Shown: positions 23,901 through 36,900 of the stretch, piece by piece
Layout: every line of letters starts with the position of its first letter
Numbering within the stretch: position 1 is the stretch's first letter
Assembly: GCA_965285935.1 (NCBI GenBank)
Contig: OZ260661.1
Location: forward strand, 123,132,001-123,196,000
Length of the DNA stretch: 64,000 nt
From: Ophelia neglecta
Lineage: Eukaryota
Direction: 5' to 3'
Notes under the pieces: model-generated
The model's database searches: none
Seen by the model: the letters and a program-made list of their open reading frames with translations, nothing else
Told to the model about the DNA's origin: nothing
Position numbers and translations under genes: made by a program

Positions 23901-26900
23901 TTTTTCTAGGCTAATTTCAAGTATATGAAATATAGAATTGAGTATTATAATGTAGGAGAAAGTTCATAAAACACAATTGAACTTATGTACTAGGAGTTTG
24001 CTTTTAATTAAAGCTTATATAAGCTCTCTTCAGCTTGTGAGGGACTTATGATTGTCAAATTGAATATATTGTTTCTTTAATAGTAATTCCCTAAATCATG
24101 TGTATGTAACTATATGGGAGTTGTTGCTTTGTAGTCATCCGATTGAGTTGGGAGGATTGTTAGCTGTCCCAATTGTGTTCCCCATAGCCAGGCTATTGTC
24201 ACTGGACAAGAGACACCCTTACTTAGGGTAGGCATGCAATTGTGAAATTATTAATGAACATAAATTATGATGACAAGTATAAATGTATGGAGTGGAAGAA
24301 TGAATATAGTGCGAATGTATTAATTAATTGTATAGTGTGTTAGTAGAGAATGGTGTGTAGTATGTGAAGTGTTTTAAGTAAAAGTGGAAAATAGTTTCAG
24401 TGTGTATGAATGACTAAATGTGATGCTAAATGTGGATTGGATTTTAAGTATATTGTTGTCTGTTACAGGTGTTTTTACTTAGGGTAAAGTGTGTAGGAAT
24501 GAAAGATCGAATAAATGAAATGAACTCACCCCCTCTTGGAAATTCACTATAATAGCCAAGATTACAATGGAGCCCCCAGTGAGATGTTTTTCAACCCAGA
24601 CCATAGAGAAGTTCAATTACCTGACTCAATTTGAGGACTCAATCCGGACCTGTGAGATTTCTACCTAGACTTTTGAATTGTCAAGCCCCATAAGGTTTTG
24701 AAAAATCCTGAAGTCTTACTACAGTAAAATTGTATAGGAGGATTTGAATGGACTGGTTAAATGAAATATATACATCAGCAACTCTGTAAGTGTGAGTTGA
24801 AGTGAGACATTTAAATTTGAAATGAATAGAAATTAATTAACAATTATTATCCCTGAGTTATTAGCATTGGCCTATAGTTGAGGTGATAATTGCTTAATTG
24901 TATGTACATGCATGTGTGGTTGAAGTATGGCTTGTGTTCCTGTGTGAGAGTAGTATGTGTATTATTGTGACAACCTTTGAATATTGGATGTTCTTGGTTA
25001 TACTGTGTCTATGATAGTGAAATTCTTTGTTGAGCTACCGACTTACAGTGGCTACCTAATGTCACATGGTTGTACTTAAGACGTGTGTGTATGAAGTGAA
25101 AACTACTATAGGGTGGTTATACATTTAACAATTTTTGCTTTGCATTGCACAGAATAATTTCAACGAATCACATAAATTATATATATGTCAAGAATTACTT
25201 AAATTTGAGATATGGAGGATTTTACTCAGGAGGAAATTGATAAATTGGTTGATGCTTTCAAAGACATTGGAGTCAAGCCAAAATGTGACTCAAAAGAGGA
25301 ACTTCAAGAGTGGATCTGTCAACAAGGTCAGCAATGGTCGGTAGCTAACGCCAGACAAGATTATGCCAATCAGCCAGTTCGTGTTCTGCCTTCAACCAGA
25401 CTTCCTTTTTTTTCTGGCGAAATTAAAGATTCAGACTATGAGATTTGGAAATATGAAGTTCAATGCCTAGAAGCTGCCCAGGGAGAAGCAGTAACAGCAC
25501 AATCATTACGTAGAAGTTTGAAAGCTGACGCAGCTAAGGTAGTCATGGGATTAGAGACAACAGCAACGGTGAATGAGATCCTTGAAAAAATGGACGGAAT
25601 CTATGGCCTTGTAGACAAGAGCGAAAACTTACTTTCGGAGTTCTACAGTACGACACAGCGAGAAGGAGAGTCTGCGGCAGCCTGGAGTTGTAGGTTGGAA
25701 GAAAATCTGAGACAGGTTCAATTAGACAGCAAGTTCAAGATGCAACCTGAATTAAGAGATGAGACACTGAAAATCCGGTTTCACAGCGGTCTACAATCTG
25801 AGTTAAAGCTTAGGACACTGCATAAGTTTGAAAGCTGTAAAAAGTTTGATGAACTCAGGATAGAGGTGAGAAAGATTGAACATGAGATAGAACAGGAAAA
25901 GGGTACCAATGTAAAAGGCAAGTCAAGGTCAGTGAGCAGTCTTTCACATGTCGAGAATAAGGACAAAAATAGCAACAGTAAATTAGAAGAAAGAGTGGAT
26001 CAGCTGACAACGGTAGTCAACAGATTAGCTCAAGTTATAGAGAAATCTGAGAACACGGTACCACCACAACATGGCCGACAGGGTGACTACCAGATTGGCA
26101 ACCAATATGGCGACCAACTTGGCAACCAACGCAGAAATCAATATGGCAACCAACGTGGCAACCAACGCGGAAACCAATATGGCAACCAACACAGTGGCCA
26201 ACGTGGCGGCCAACGTGACAATAATGATTTCTACCATAGAAACAACACTACTATGTTTAACCAAGACAATGTAGCCAGAGCAAATCCAGCAAACTCACAA
26301 CAGCAAGAGTCGAAACACTGGAACCCAGCCTCCTACCAAGGACCTCAGCAGCAAAGCCGTCCATATCTAAGTGATGTCCAGTGCTACCGATGTGGCGAGC
26401 TTGGGCACATTGCCAGATACTGTACAGTAATAATTGACCACAGTCGGGCTGCTTTAAACGCGAGAGAGCCTATGAGTGGGGCCAACGCATAGGCATGAGT
26501 AGTATTGGAGGGCCAAGAAAAGCGGGGAAGCGCATACCAGGTGAATTGATTGGAGAAACTAATGAAACTGAAATATTATTAAATGACATACCTTGTAGAG
26601 CACTAGTGGACACTGGGTCATCCGTGTCTATCATTACTAAGGAATTTTATGATACTCACCTGCAGAATACACCACTTACGCCATTGAAGGAACTTCTTAG
26701 ATTGGAATCTGCAACTGGCCATGAATTACCCTACCTGGGATATGTATCAGCTGAATTGGAAATACCAGGCGTCCTATCCAGGGCATTATATCTGTTTCTT
26801 GTAACCCCAACAAAGAGTAGACGGGATTCTGATGTACCTGTGTTGGTTGGTACAAATGTCTTATGTCTTGTCCGCAATGAATTAACTGAACAATTTGGAG

Positions 26901-29900
26901 TCAAGTATTTACAGAAAGCCCCTTTAAAGACCGCATGGTTACTTGGTTTGAAAAGTCTAGCCAATAGTGAAAAAGAACTTGAAAGGAAGGGTCATTTAGC
27001 TCTGCTTAAAAGTGGTGAAGTCAATCATGTGGTGATAAAGCCCAATGAAAGGAGAACAATACAGGCCTACTGTAGTGACAGTATTAATCATCATACTATA
27101 AATGCCATGGTAGAAAAGTCATCTAAATCAGCAATACCTAAAGCACAGATTGAGATTTTACAAGTTGCTGTTTCCTATCAGGCAGATGGTAAGGCAACAG
27201 TACCTGTTGAGATAAGTAACCATTCAAGTCAAAATATTGTTGTATCACCCAGAGCTGTCATTGCAGAATTACATCCTGTAGAAGTACAACCGCCTCCAGA
27301 GGACTTTGCCACTGAAACAGAGGAGACCGATGAAGAGACGGCACCATTTGATATGGAAAGTACTGCAGCCAGTGATGGTGAAGTGACAGAACTGAAAAAT
27401 TTTCTCAAGAACTGGAGCAGAGTATTTTGTATGAAGGATGGTGATTATGGATACACAGATAAGGTGGAGCATGAGATTCATCTGTCCGATACAGCCCCCT
27501 CTAAGAGTAGATATGGAAGAATCCCCCCAGGAATGTATGATGAATTAAGAGCATATCTAAACCAACTACTTAAGGCAAAACTCATTAGGAAGTCCACAAG
27601 CCCATGGTCATCAAATATGGTTATATGTCGAAAATCCAATGGCAGTATACGACTATGCATCGACTACCGGACCCTTAATCAAAAGACTATTAAAGATTCA
27701 TATGCATTGCCAAGGATAGAGGAAATATTGGATTGCCTACAAGGGGCTTGCTTCTTTAGCACCCTAGATATGAAAAGTGGGTATTACCAGATCCCAATGA
27801 AGGAGGAGCACAAAAAGTACACAGCTTTTACCGCAGGGCCACTCGGGTTTTATGAGTGGAACCGTCTCCCCCAGGGACTTTCAAATGCACCAAGCACCTA
27901 CCAACGCCTGATGGAGGACTGTTTTAGTGATTATAACCACAAGATTTGTTTGATATACTTGGACGACATAATTGTTTTTTCCACAACATTTGAGGAGCAT
28001 CTTGAAAGACTAGGAAAGAATTTTCAAAGACTGGAAGACTGGGGCCTTAAACTGTCGCCAAAGAAGTGCAAATTTTTCCAAAGTAAGGTCAAGTTTCTCG
28101 GACAAATTGTGTCAAAAGATGGTATCCAGGCTGATAGTGACAAAACAGAGAGAGTAGTTAACTGGCCAGCACCAAGAAACCAAGATGAACTACGAAAATT
28201 CCTGGGATTTGCAGGATATTTTAGAAGATACGTAAAGGGATACAGCCAGATAGCCAAACCACTAAATGAGTTATTGGGAGGACCACAAAAAAAAGGCAAA
28301 AAGAAGAAAAGGTCAGAAATGCCAAAGCCATGGACATGGGGGAAAGAAGAAGATAATGCTTTTCAAGGTATAAAAACTGCACTTACCTCTACTCCAGTAT
28401 TAGCTTATCCAGACTTTAACCTACCTTTCAAACTGCATATTGACGCGAGTGGATTAGGATTAGGAGCAATCCTTTACCAGGAACAGAATGGGACAGATCG
28501 TGTTATAGCCTACGCCAGTAGAGGACTGTCACACTCTGAGTGTAATTATCCAACTCACAAATTGGAATTTTTAGGACTCAAATGGGCAGTTACTGAGAAG
28601 TTCAAGGAGTATTTGTATAACAATCAATGCACTGTTTTAACAGACAATAACCCACTTACCTATGTGATGACTTCGGCCAAATTGGATGCTACAGGACACC
28701 GCTGGGTTGCCGCATTATCAAATTTTGACTTTAATTTGAAATACAGACCAGGAGTATCCAATGCAGATGCTGACGGGTTATCTAGACTGCCCAGAAAGGA
28801 TGATGACTATACGCAGACAATATCTCAAGAATCTGTGAAAACTGTGTGTGGTAGTATTCACTTTTCCCCTCTTATAGAAACCTTGCAAGCAAACATAAGT
28901 AGTGTGTACAACATAGAACATGAGATTGGAGACCAGATAATAGACAGCGTACAGATGAGGAGAGCTCAGGCACATGACCCTGTTCTCAAGCCAGTGATCA
29001 GACTCCTTACAAACAAGGAAGTACCAGTTAGGTCCAGAATGTCAAATGACCCTGAAACCAAAACACTTATCAGAGAGTTTGATAGACTGATTTTACAACG
29101 TGGTGTTCTACATAGGAGATACATGCAGGATGGAGAGCATGAATGTAGACAGTTAGTGTTACCTGAACAATACAGAGAGCTCGCATTACACCATCTCCAT
29201 GATGAAGTGGGCCATCCAGGTAGAGATCGCACATTACAGATGGTAAGGGAGAGATTTTATTGGCCTAAAATGACTAAAGCAGTTGAGGAAAAGGTCAAGT
29301 CATGCGAGAGATGCCTGCGGAGCAAATCAAGTCCAGACAAGGCTCCCATGATAAGCATCCGAACAACAAGACCCCTAGAGTTAGTATGCATAGACTATCT
29401 GACACTGGAAATGTCAAAGGGAGGCTATGAAAACATCCTGGTAATCACAGATCATTTTACTCGCTATGCAGTAGCTATACCGACAAAAAACCAGAGCACA
29501 AAAACTACCGCTGATACACTTTTCAATCATTTCATTAAACATTTTGGATTTCCAACCAGAATACATTCTGACCAGGGAGCCACGTTCATGAGTAAACTTA
29601 TGGAAGAGTGTTGTAGGATGACTGGAATCAACAAATCAAACACCACTCCATATCATCCAATGGGGAACGGTATGACGGAACGATTTAATAGGACACTACT
29701 CGCAATGTTAGGAACATTAGAAGAAGAGGAAAAAGTAGATTGGAAATCTAAAATACCTACATTGACACATGCCTACAATTGTACTAAGCATGAATCTACG
29801 GGTTACAGCCCCTTTTATCTTATGTATGGAAGGCAACCACAACTACCGATTGATGTTCTGTTCAACACTTGGGAGCCAGAGAAAGTTGTGGATTACTGTG

Positions 29901-32900
29901 ATTATGTCACAGACTTGAAAGGTCGACTCCAAGATGCTTACAATAGGGCAAGTGAAGCTGCACTGGCTAGCCAGCAAAAACAGAAACAAGGATATGACAG
30001 AAGGGTAAAAGCAAACCAAATGAGTATAGGGGACCAGGTCCTGGTAAAAATAGTGGCCTTCAAAGGAAAACATAAGATTGCAGACAGATGGGAGAAACAA
30101 CCGTATGTGATTCTCGAACAGCCAAACTCCGATCTGCCAGTGTATGTTGTCCAAAGAGAGGATGGGGAAGGCCCCAAAAGAACACTACACAGGAACCTGC
30201 TATTGTCATTGCCAATAACATGTACCAATGACATTCCTCAATTTGAAGGAGGGGAGGGGGATGGAACTGAACAGAAAAAAACAGACGGTGGCACTGATTC
30301 CAATAAATCTGAGACCAAAAAAAACAGACGGTACCCCTGATCCCAATAAATCTGAGACCGAAAAAACAGACGGTGCCCCTGATCCCAATAAATCTGAGAC
30401 CGAGGTTGTCCAAGAATGCGACAATGATGTAGACAACGATGATGGTGATAGTGAGGTGTATCTACTAGGCATTCCAGACATAGCCTCGCCAGATACAGTG
30501 ACAGATATACAGATAGGTTCAGATCCTGAGGTACAGGATGAGTCTGAGTCAAGTGCCTCAGAAACAGAGCATCAACAGTTAGAGGTTCAGGCACCTATAG
30601 AGGTCCCACTAAGGCGATCAAAAAGGGAGAGAAAACCGGCAAAACAATATCAAAGTGATGAGTGGGTTACAAAGGTTAGTGTAGCACCATGTATAAAAAG
30701 TCCGCCAGTGTATGATCTGTCATATTTTACAGATCTGTATACCAAGCATTTAATAACTGAATCCCTTTTTGAGAAAATGTGTATGAAATTAATGAATGTA
30801 TAAGTGATTAATGTTGTAAATATATATGAAATTGACCAGTGAAAGGTTTCACAAAAAGATAATCAATTGAAATTGAAAGTTCATGAAGGCAACTTGGGGA
30901 TAAATCATAGCTCATCCTTATTAAATAATTCACCCTGTGAATTCATATATGTTACCGTTATCGTAGTAAATGACGGGACGTCATTACGTAGAGGGGGAGG
31001 ATGTAGCGGTGTGTATTTTGTATGTCTTAAATATATACAGGTGTATGGAGGTTAAGTATAGTTGTATGGTTTTACATCTATGGTTCTATCTGTATGTATG
31101 GGTATGAGTTGTACCTATTATTATGTGTGTGCAGAATGTCAGCTTTACAGTGTGTTTGTGTGTGGTTGACCTGAATCAGCTGGGTTCATTGGACCATAGC
31201 CACAGGCCTGTCTCAATTGCCTAATGAATATAATTAGATATGTGGACAAGGGCATGACTTAGGTATGTCAAAGGTCAGGTACTGAGGTCAGTGGCTACCT
31301 TATTTGGTATATAGCAGTATTGATTTTATTAAGGGCCAATCAGAGAGGCTTAAATATCCTTTGTCTCTGAAAGTTTTGGTGGGAAAATTGGCTAGATTAA
31401 GCACTTAGCCTGGAGACATTGAAGGAGGAGCATTGCATTGTATATAGGACAGGATTGTGATGGAATGATTCATAATTAGGTTTGTCAAATGAATTGGTCA
31501 TGAATTAGTGTTTTCCTTCATTGTAGTACAGTTTCCCCCCTTTTTCTAGGCTAATTTCAAGTATATGAAATATAGAATTGAGTATTATAATGTAGGAGAA
31601 AGTTCATAAAACACAATTGAACTTATGTACTAGGAGTTTGCTTTTAATTAAAGCTTATATAAGCTCTCTTCAGCTTGTGAGGGACTTATGATTGTCAAAT
31701 TGAATATATTGTTTCTTTAATAGTAATTCCCTAAATCATGTGTATGTAACTATATGGGAGTTGTTGCTTTGTAGTCATCCGATTGAGTTGGGAGGATTGT
31801 TAGCTGTCCCAATTGTGTTCCCCATAGCCAGGCTATTGTCACTGGACAAGAGACACCCTTACTTAGGGTAGGCATGCAATTGTGAAATTATTAATGAACA
31901 TAAATTATGATGACAAGTATAAATGTATGGAGTGGAAGAATGAATATAGTGCGAATGTATTAATTAATTGTATAGTGTGTTAGTAGAGAATGGTGTGTAG
32001 TATGTGAAGTGTTTTAAGTAAAAGTGGAAAATAGTTTCAGTGTGTATGAATGACTAAATGTGATGCTAAATGTGGATTGGATTTTAAGTATATTGTTGTC
32101 TGTTACAGGTGTTTTTACTTAGGGTAAAGTGTGTAGGAATGAAAGATCGAATAAATGAAATGAACTCACCCCCTCTTGGAAATTCACTATAATAGCCAAG
32201 ATTACAAACACACCATGCTTAATGCGTAACATATTGCACGTATAAGTTAAATTACACCGTGTGAGAAAAATGTGCTTCTGATCGCATCAGCATAATACAT
32301 AAAACATTACTTACAGTATACTGATAACATGACGCGAGAATCGATTTTACCTCCCAAAAATATGGAAGCATTGTCCTTGACAATTTTCAGGTTCTAGTTG
32401 ATTAATTGTGTTTACCTACCTGATCAGCAAACATGATATGATTTTCAGGCCTGTCATTCACGAAATCGACTGGTATGAATTCTAGAAACTGGTCATTTGG
32501 GAGAGGAAGATACGAAACTGGGTTCATACGAGGCCATAGGTTGACGGCATAGCAACCTTCTGAACAACCATATGTGTGTGAATAGAACGGCAGTCCTTTG
32601 CAGTATTTATTGGCCAGTAAGTCGCGGTAAACTGACATTGAGCCGGTAACTATGGCCTGAATAGAATCTAAATGAGGCCAAAGTCGTGTAACAATGCCAG
32701 CAAAGCCTTTCGCAAATTCTTCTCGCAATTCCTTTGCCCTGGTCGGATCAGCTTTCAATTTCATGTTGATCTTTAAGCGAATGTCGTCTGTAATGTCCAG
32801 ATAAGGGTCGATTCTTCCACGTTCAATATCATCAACCAACTGATAATGTTTATTCTCTAAAATGCGAAACGCAAAGTACATCGCGCTTGTGTAAGTAGAA

Positions 32901-33974
32901 AATATAATTCCCAGCCCCTTTTGTTTGAGAGCAAACAGCAGTTTGATATAAAAAACTGTGTTAGCGTTGGACATTCCTTCCACGGCTTCGCCAGGGCAGC
33001 AATCAATGTCATCCATGAATTTGTTTTTCATGACACTACTAAGGGCTCCAATCGGAGTACCACCTGGTGTGTATTCCAACGAGAAATTGAACGTTAAACG
33101 TGCCATCTGGCGCAATTCATTTACAATTGGGTAATGGCGAGCGACCGCTGTAAAAATCATCTGATTAACTTTCTTCGTCACTAATTCAAATGCCTCATTT
33201 GGCATTGGAAATAACTTCTTTTGTCCTCCGCCCGTTCCAGATGACTCAACAAACAGTTTAATCTTATCATTTATCAACACGTTGTTTTCTCCATCAACCA
33301 TTCTTTGTACAAAGCCACGATAATGTTCATAGTCAGTCAAGCATTGTCGTTTGACAAAATCTTCCCGAGTTTGTATCGTTGAAAATTTGTGTATTCTTCC
33401 GTATTCTGTGTTTTGGAGTTTTTTCAGATGGCGGAGAAGGAACCTTTCCTGGGATTCCCGGCAATGATGTGTCTGATATTCCAGTTGTCTTGAAACAAAC
33501 ATTGCACCGATTAGTGTGTAGACCTTGACAACGTACAAGCGTGCGTACACGGGCCATGACAGTGGTCCATCTGACGGTATACGTCGACAAAAATCCAGAA
33601 GAAGCAATACCAATAATAACACGTACATCCAGACAATAGCTGCAAGTAAAGAGAAATGAATATGCAATATTGGCAAAGTTCTGATATAAAAATCAATTTT
33701 GTTCGTACAACAAAGCAGGACATATACCATAACAAAGGGAGTAGTTTTGTGCAACAAATAAAATATACATATAAGAACACTAGGAACACTAGGAAACACG
33801 TATTTGACCTAATTTGGAAGTACCCGCTAGACACCTACCTTTGAAAAATGTTAACAGAAGTGACCAGAATGAGGTCGATGGTGGAAATAAGAATAACATT
33901 AAACTTAGTAGCAATCCAACAACTGGTAGAATGGCCATCTTCCCCATCGGAGTTTCACTAACTTGACGTCGCAT
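20971..33974 (-). CDS. GHDC: GH3 domain-containing protein (GHDC-like acyl-adenylate/amido-synthetase fold), about 647 aa
   Basis: Exons 33974-33839, 33639-32420, 23295-23168, 21852-21707, 21575-21484, 21192-20971; all introns GT-AG and phase-compatible (1944 nt). GH3 motifs SSGTGGGQKKLFP, YGCSEG, FLEFIP, GELYELVATTLHGLYRYRTGD, VRPGTF, QLKVPR; hydrophobic N-terminus. The start could be a downstream Met. Confidence 0.9.
23362..24566 (+). repeat. 5' LTR (1205 bp)
   Basis: TGTAGCGG...GATTACA; no differences from the 3' LTR in the blocks compared by eye. Confidence 0.97.
24568..24584 (+). promoter_or_regulatory. Primer binding site, probably tRNA-Thr
   Basis: TGGAGCCCCCAGTGAGA one base after the 5' LTR; complementary to a CCA-terminated tRNA 3' end. 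Thr assignment is from recalled tRNA-Thr(TGT) ends. Confidence 0.8.
25212..26492 (+). CDS. gag: Gag (PNMA-like capsid, GNQ-rich repeats, CCHC zinc knuckle)
   Basis: LPFFSG..YEIWKYEV capsid-like region; CYRCGELGHIARYC knuckle. Confidence 0.95.
   Translation: MEDFTQEEIDKLVDAFKDIGVKPKCDSKEELQEWICQQGQQWSVANARQDYANQPVRVLPSTRLPFFSGEIKDSDYEIWKYEVQCLEAAQGEAVTAQSLRRSLKADAAKVVMGLETTATVNEILEKMDGIYGLVDKSENLLSEFYSTTQREGESAAAWSCRLEENLRQVQLDSKFKMQPELRDETLKIRFHSGLQSELKLRTLHKFESCKKFDELRIEVRKIEHEIEQEKGTNVKGKSRSVSSLSHVENKDKNSNSKLEERVDQLTTVVNRLAQVIEKSENTVPPQHGRQGDYQIGNQYGDQLGNQRRNQYGNQRGNQRGNQYGNQHSGQRGGQRDNNDFYHRNNTTMFNQDNVARANPANSQQQESKHWNPASYQGPQQQSRPYLSDVQCYRCGELGHIARYCTVIIDHSRAALNAREPMSGANA
26453..26494 (+). 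promoter_or_regulatory. -1 programmed ribosomal frameshift signal
   Basis: T TTA AAC heptamer in gag phase, 8-nt spacer, stem GCCTATG/CATAGGC; pol lies in the -1 frame and is open from the heptamer. Confidence 0.8.
26495..30803 (+). CDS. pol: Pol polyprotein (protease, RT, RNase H, integrase); acidic C-terminal tail frameshifted at about 30320
   Basis: LVDTGSS protease, YLDD RT, DASGLGLGA RNase H, HHCC and DDE integrase. ORF 26495-30340 continues as 30228-30803 after one extra A in a homopolymer. Confidence 0.96.
30275..30400 (+). repeat. Three copies of a 42-bp coding repeat (EKTDGAPDPNKSET) in the pol tail
   Basis: aaaaaacagacggt...ccaataaatctgagacc occurs three times. Confidence 0.9.
30990..31001 (+). 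promoter_or_regulatory. Polypurine tract
   Basis: AGAGGGGGAGGA abutting the 3' LTR, preceded by hairpin AATGACG-gga-CGTCATT. Confidence 0.9.
31002..32206 (+). repeat. 3' LTR (1205 bp)
   Basis: Copy of 23362-24566 at offset 7640. Confidence 0.97.
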
Positions 33975-36900
33975 TTTTTCCCATAATTGCCTTTTTTCAA
34001 ATTAGTGTCCTACGTAAACATGTTGATGCCCTATTAAATCGCGCAGTTTTCTTCTAGATATTAACTCATAACTAGGCCAACTGTAATGAATATGTTGCTC
34101 CTCCTTTATAATTGCCTCCATTGGCAAACAGTAGATGACTCCGATACAGTTGAATATGTATAAATAACAGCATAACGTCTTTTAACACTCCACTTGATCA
34201 TTGGTCGAGGTTATTATCATATCTCAAGTTAAAAGCTATGTTACGTCCATAAGGGCCATTCCAGATATTGTCCTCTGAAGGTCGGGGGGGGGGGGGGGAG
34301 GCACGACTTCCATGGCAGGGATACGGGGGTAAAATAAAAAAATAACCTGTCCGGCACATGGGTTTGTGTTTCAAAAAGCGTGTCCTGGGTGGGGTGGGAT
34401 TCTGGGGGGGGGGGCGGGGGGGCGGGAGGAGACGTATTTCTAAACTCATATCAGGGAGATCGGGGAGCGGGGGAACCTTCAAAATCAGCTGAAGGCAAGT
34501 TCCTATTGTATACCTTATACCAATTACAGTTTTATCCGGTAAAGTAATAGCTTACACACTAAATAACGGGCACCTTTTTCTACTTCAATGTTGAAAGACA
34601 ATCCATGAGGTCATACATTCCAAAAAATATCAAAACGGGGATCGGAATCTATTGACTGAAAAATGACGGACACTGTTTGAATTTTGTATTACGCCCTCTC
34701 AACTACTGTATAATTAAGATAAGCACATAATGATGTATGTACACCCACGATTTACCACTCTTTATTGATAAGACGACTAGTTTGACCGTTTGATAAATGT
34801 CAAAAAGAGCGGCAGCCCCTTGACGTGTAGTACTAGCGTATTATTAGGCATTATATAGGCCTTTATATATGCCAGAGACTTTCGACTATGCCCTCAAAAG
34901 CTTGAATAATCTGTATGCTTTTTTAATGGTGTGTTTCATTTTATCTAATTCCAAATTCCAAATGCATGCACAGCTGAGTAATGTAAGGTAGGATTTCGCG
35001 TATGTATATAGGTCTAACCAATACGTGTCCCAGTATTAATTCTGCTGTATTTTGAATGCAGTAAATTGGTGAAACGTCGTAATTTCCATTCAGTTGGGGG
35101 GGGGGGGGAGGGGGGGGGGAGGTTGAATTAACTAGAATACTTTCTACCTGATGGAACAAATTTCAAAATAACACATCTACAGTGTTGTATTCTGATATGT
35201 CCGAGTTAAAGTTAAAGTAACCAAGTTGAAGACTTATGAACATATTAATTTTTTTCTTCTTTTTGATAATATGTATATACATTCTGGATCTGCTAGATGG
35301 GTATTTTGACATGTTTGCTTATAGATGTCAGAATGCCCTTCAAGCATATAACATTACGTATATGTAATAAGCAGTGTCTCATTATTCAACGCAAGGGAAT
35401 GGGGAAGGCACTTTCCCTGAAAGTACTAGTGTCCAACAAAACTCCTAAGCCCTTTTCACATCATTTATAATTTATGTTTACTGTATTTAATTATCTGTTT
35501 AGACTTAACTAAAAATAAATGAATGTATAAATATCATAAAATATAGTACTCCCATGGCTAATCGGAAAGCCCATGAGCCCGAAATTTACATAGCTATTGA
35601 GAGTATGAATATTATATATTTGGGAAGCGTTTGAGAATAGATTTCACTGTAGTTGAGTTACACCTATTCATATTAAAAACCCTAGTTTGGTGTACCTGAA
35701 GTCACTTGCTAGTTAGGCTTTAGAGCAACTTACACCCGGGCACTATTATTACCAAATCCCCGATTTGACTCGGATGTCCCTAACGTATTGTCAGACTTGC
35801 CGATAAGCTGACTTTAAAATATAGTAGTTTTAAGGGTAGGCCTATTATGGTCTTCCGCGTCTACTTTCGCATTCGCGTTTCGCACAATGCCACATAGAAG
35901 GTGATAATATGCTTTTTTTTGAGTTTGCTTAATGACAATTTTTCCTGGCAAGCTGAAACAAAGGTTTCGGCTGCCCCCCCCCCCCACCTAAAATCATTTT
36001 ATGAACAAATGCCCCCAGTCAAAATGAGTAGGAGGTGGGGGGGGGGGTTAGTCAAAATGTGGTCGACAGGTATCCTTGAGGGTGTCGGGTAAGGCGAAAT
36101 GGATATGTCTCCGGTTGGGGGGGGGGGGGGGGGGGAGGGAGGGATAAGTTGTCAGGCGTCCCCCGGGCGTTGGATGGGTAACTATAATTTAACAGCATAA
36201 GAAAAATTAACAATTAAAGACACTTGTTTTCAATGGAAACACATTTTTAATATACTTCACACGGAATAAGTTAAAATGTAACAAATATAATATTAATTCG
36301 ACATGCAAGCACTTACGGCTTGATAATGCAGTTTGACATAACTTTCTTATTTAAATTGGGCACAATGATTCCCCATAGTTTAATTGGGGAAAATGTATCA
36401 TGGCGTTCAACCCCATGTGGGCATGGTGATGTCCCACATAATCCAAAACTCTGTTATCCTCTATATCAAGATGACTAGTAAGTCCTGTTAATATAGAAAT
36501 AGTTTTTCCCACCATTCTCTTCAACGAAAAAGCATTTCTGAGGATTAGGGTCCTTGGCCATATGTAAATCCGCTTTAAACCCGACATTCATAGAAAATGA
36601 ACATCTATTATTAATATTATTATTTATACTATTATTATAAGTTTAGTTTGTTTTATAGTTCTCTAATAAAAATAAGGGCTGGGGAAAACTACATTCGCTC
36701 CTGATAAATTGATACAAGCTGTCTAAGATGGACACACTGGCTATCACTGAATATGTTGTATAATTTGGGTATTCGAATATATCTATTTCAAAACAGAACA
36801 TAAAGTAGCTTGTAATACGTCATATGACAACGTTGTAGTGCGTGTATGAAATTGTGAAACATATATATACAAAATACTATGTTTTACCTAAAAAAATGAA

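Larger units (their letters stand above)
23362..32206 (+). mobile_element. Full-length Ty3/Gypsy LTR retrotransposon in intron 2 of the GH3-domain gene, antisense to host
   Basis: LTRs TG...CA at 23362-24566 and 31002-32206; 4-bp TSD AACA (23358-23361, 32207-32210); PBS; PPT; gag plus pol in PR-RT-RH-IN order. Confidence 0.98.

Noticed and set aside
30228-30803. env-like third ORF in the Gypsy element
   Set aside because: No signal peptide or TM segment; it is the frameshifted continuation of pol.
32402-33799. Bacterial or plant horizontal transfer of a GH3 gene, or a single-exon 465-aa protein
   Set aside because: The gene has five spliceosomal introns and animals have GHDC homologs; the ORF's N-terminal 53 codons are intronic.
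34198-36140. Pro/Gly-rich short ORFs and poly-G/poly-C tracts
   Set aside because: Low-complexity homopolymers in probable repeat relics; no coding signal or definable termini.
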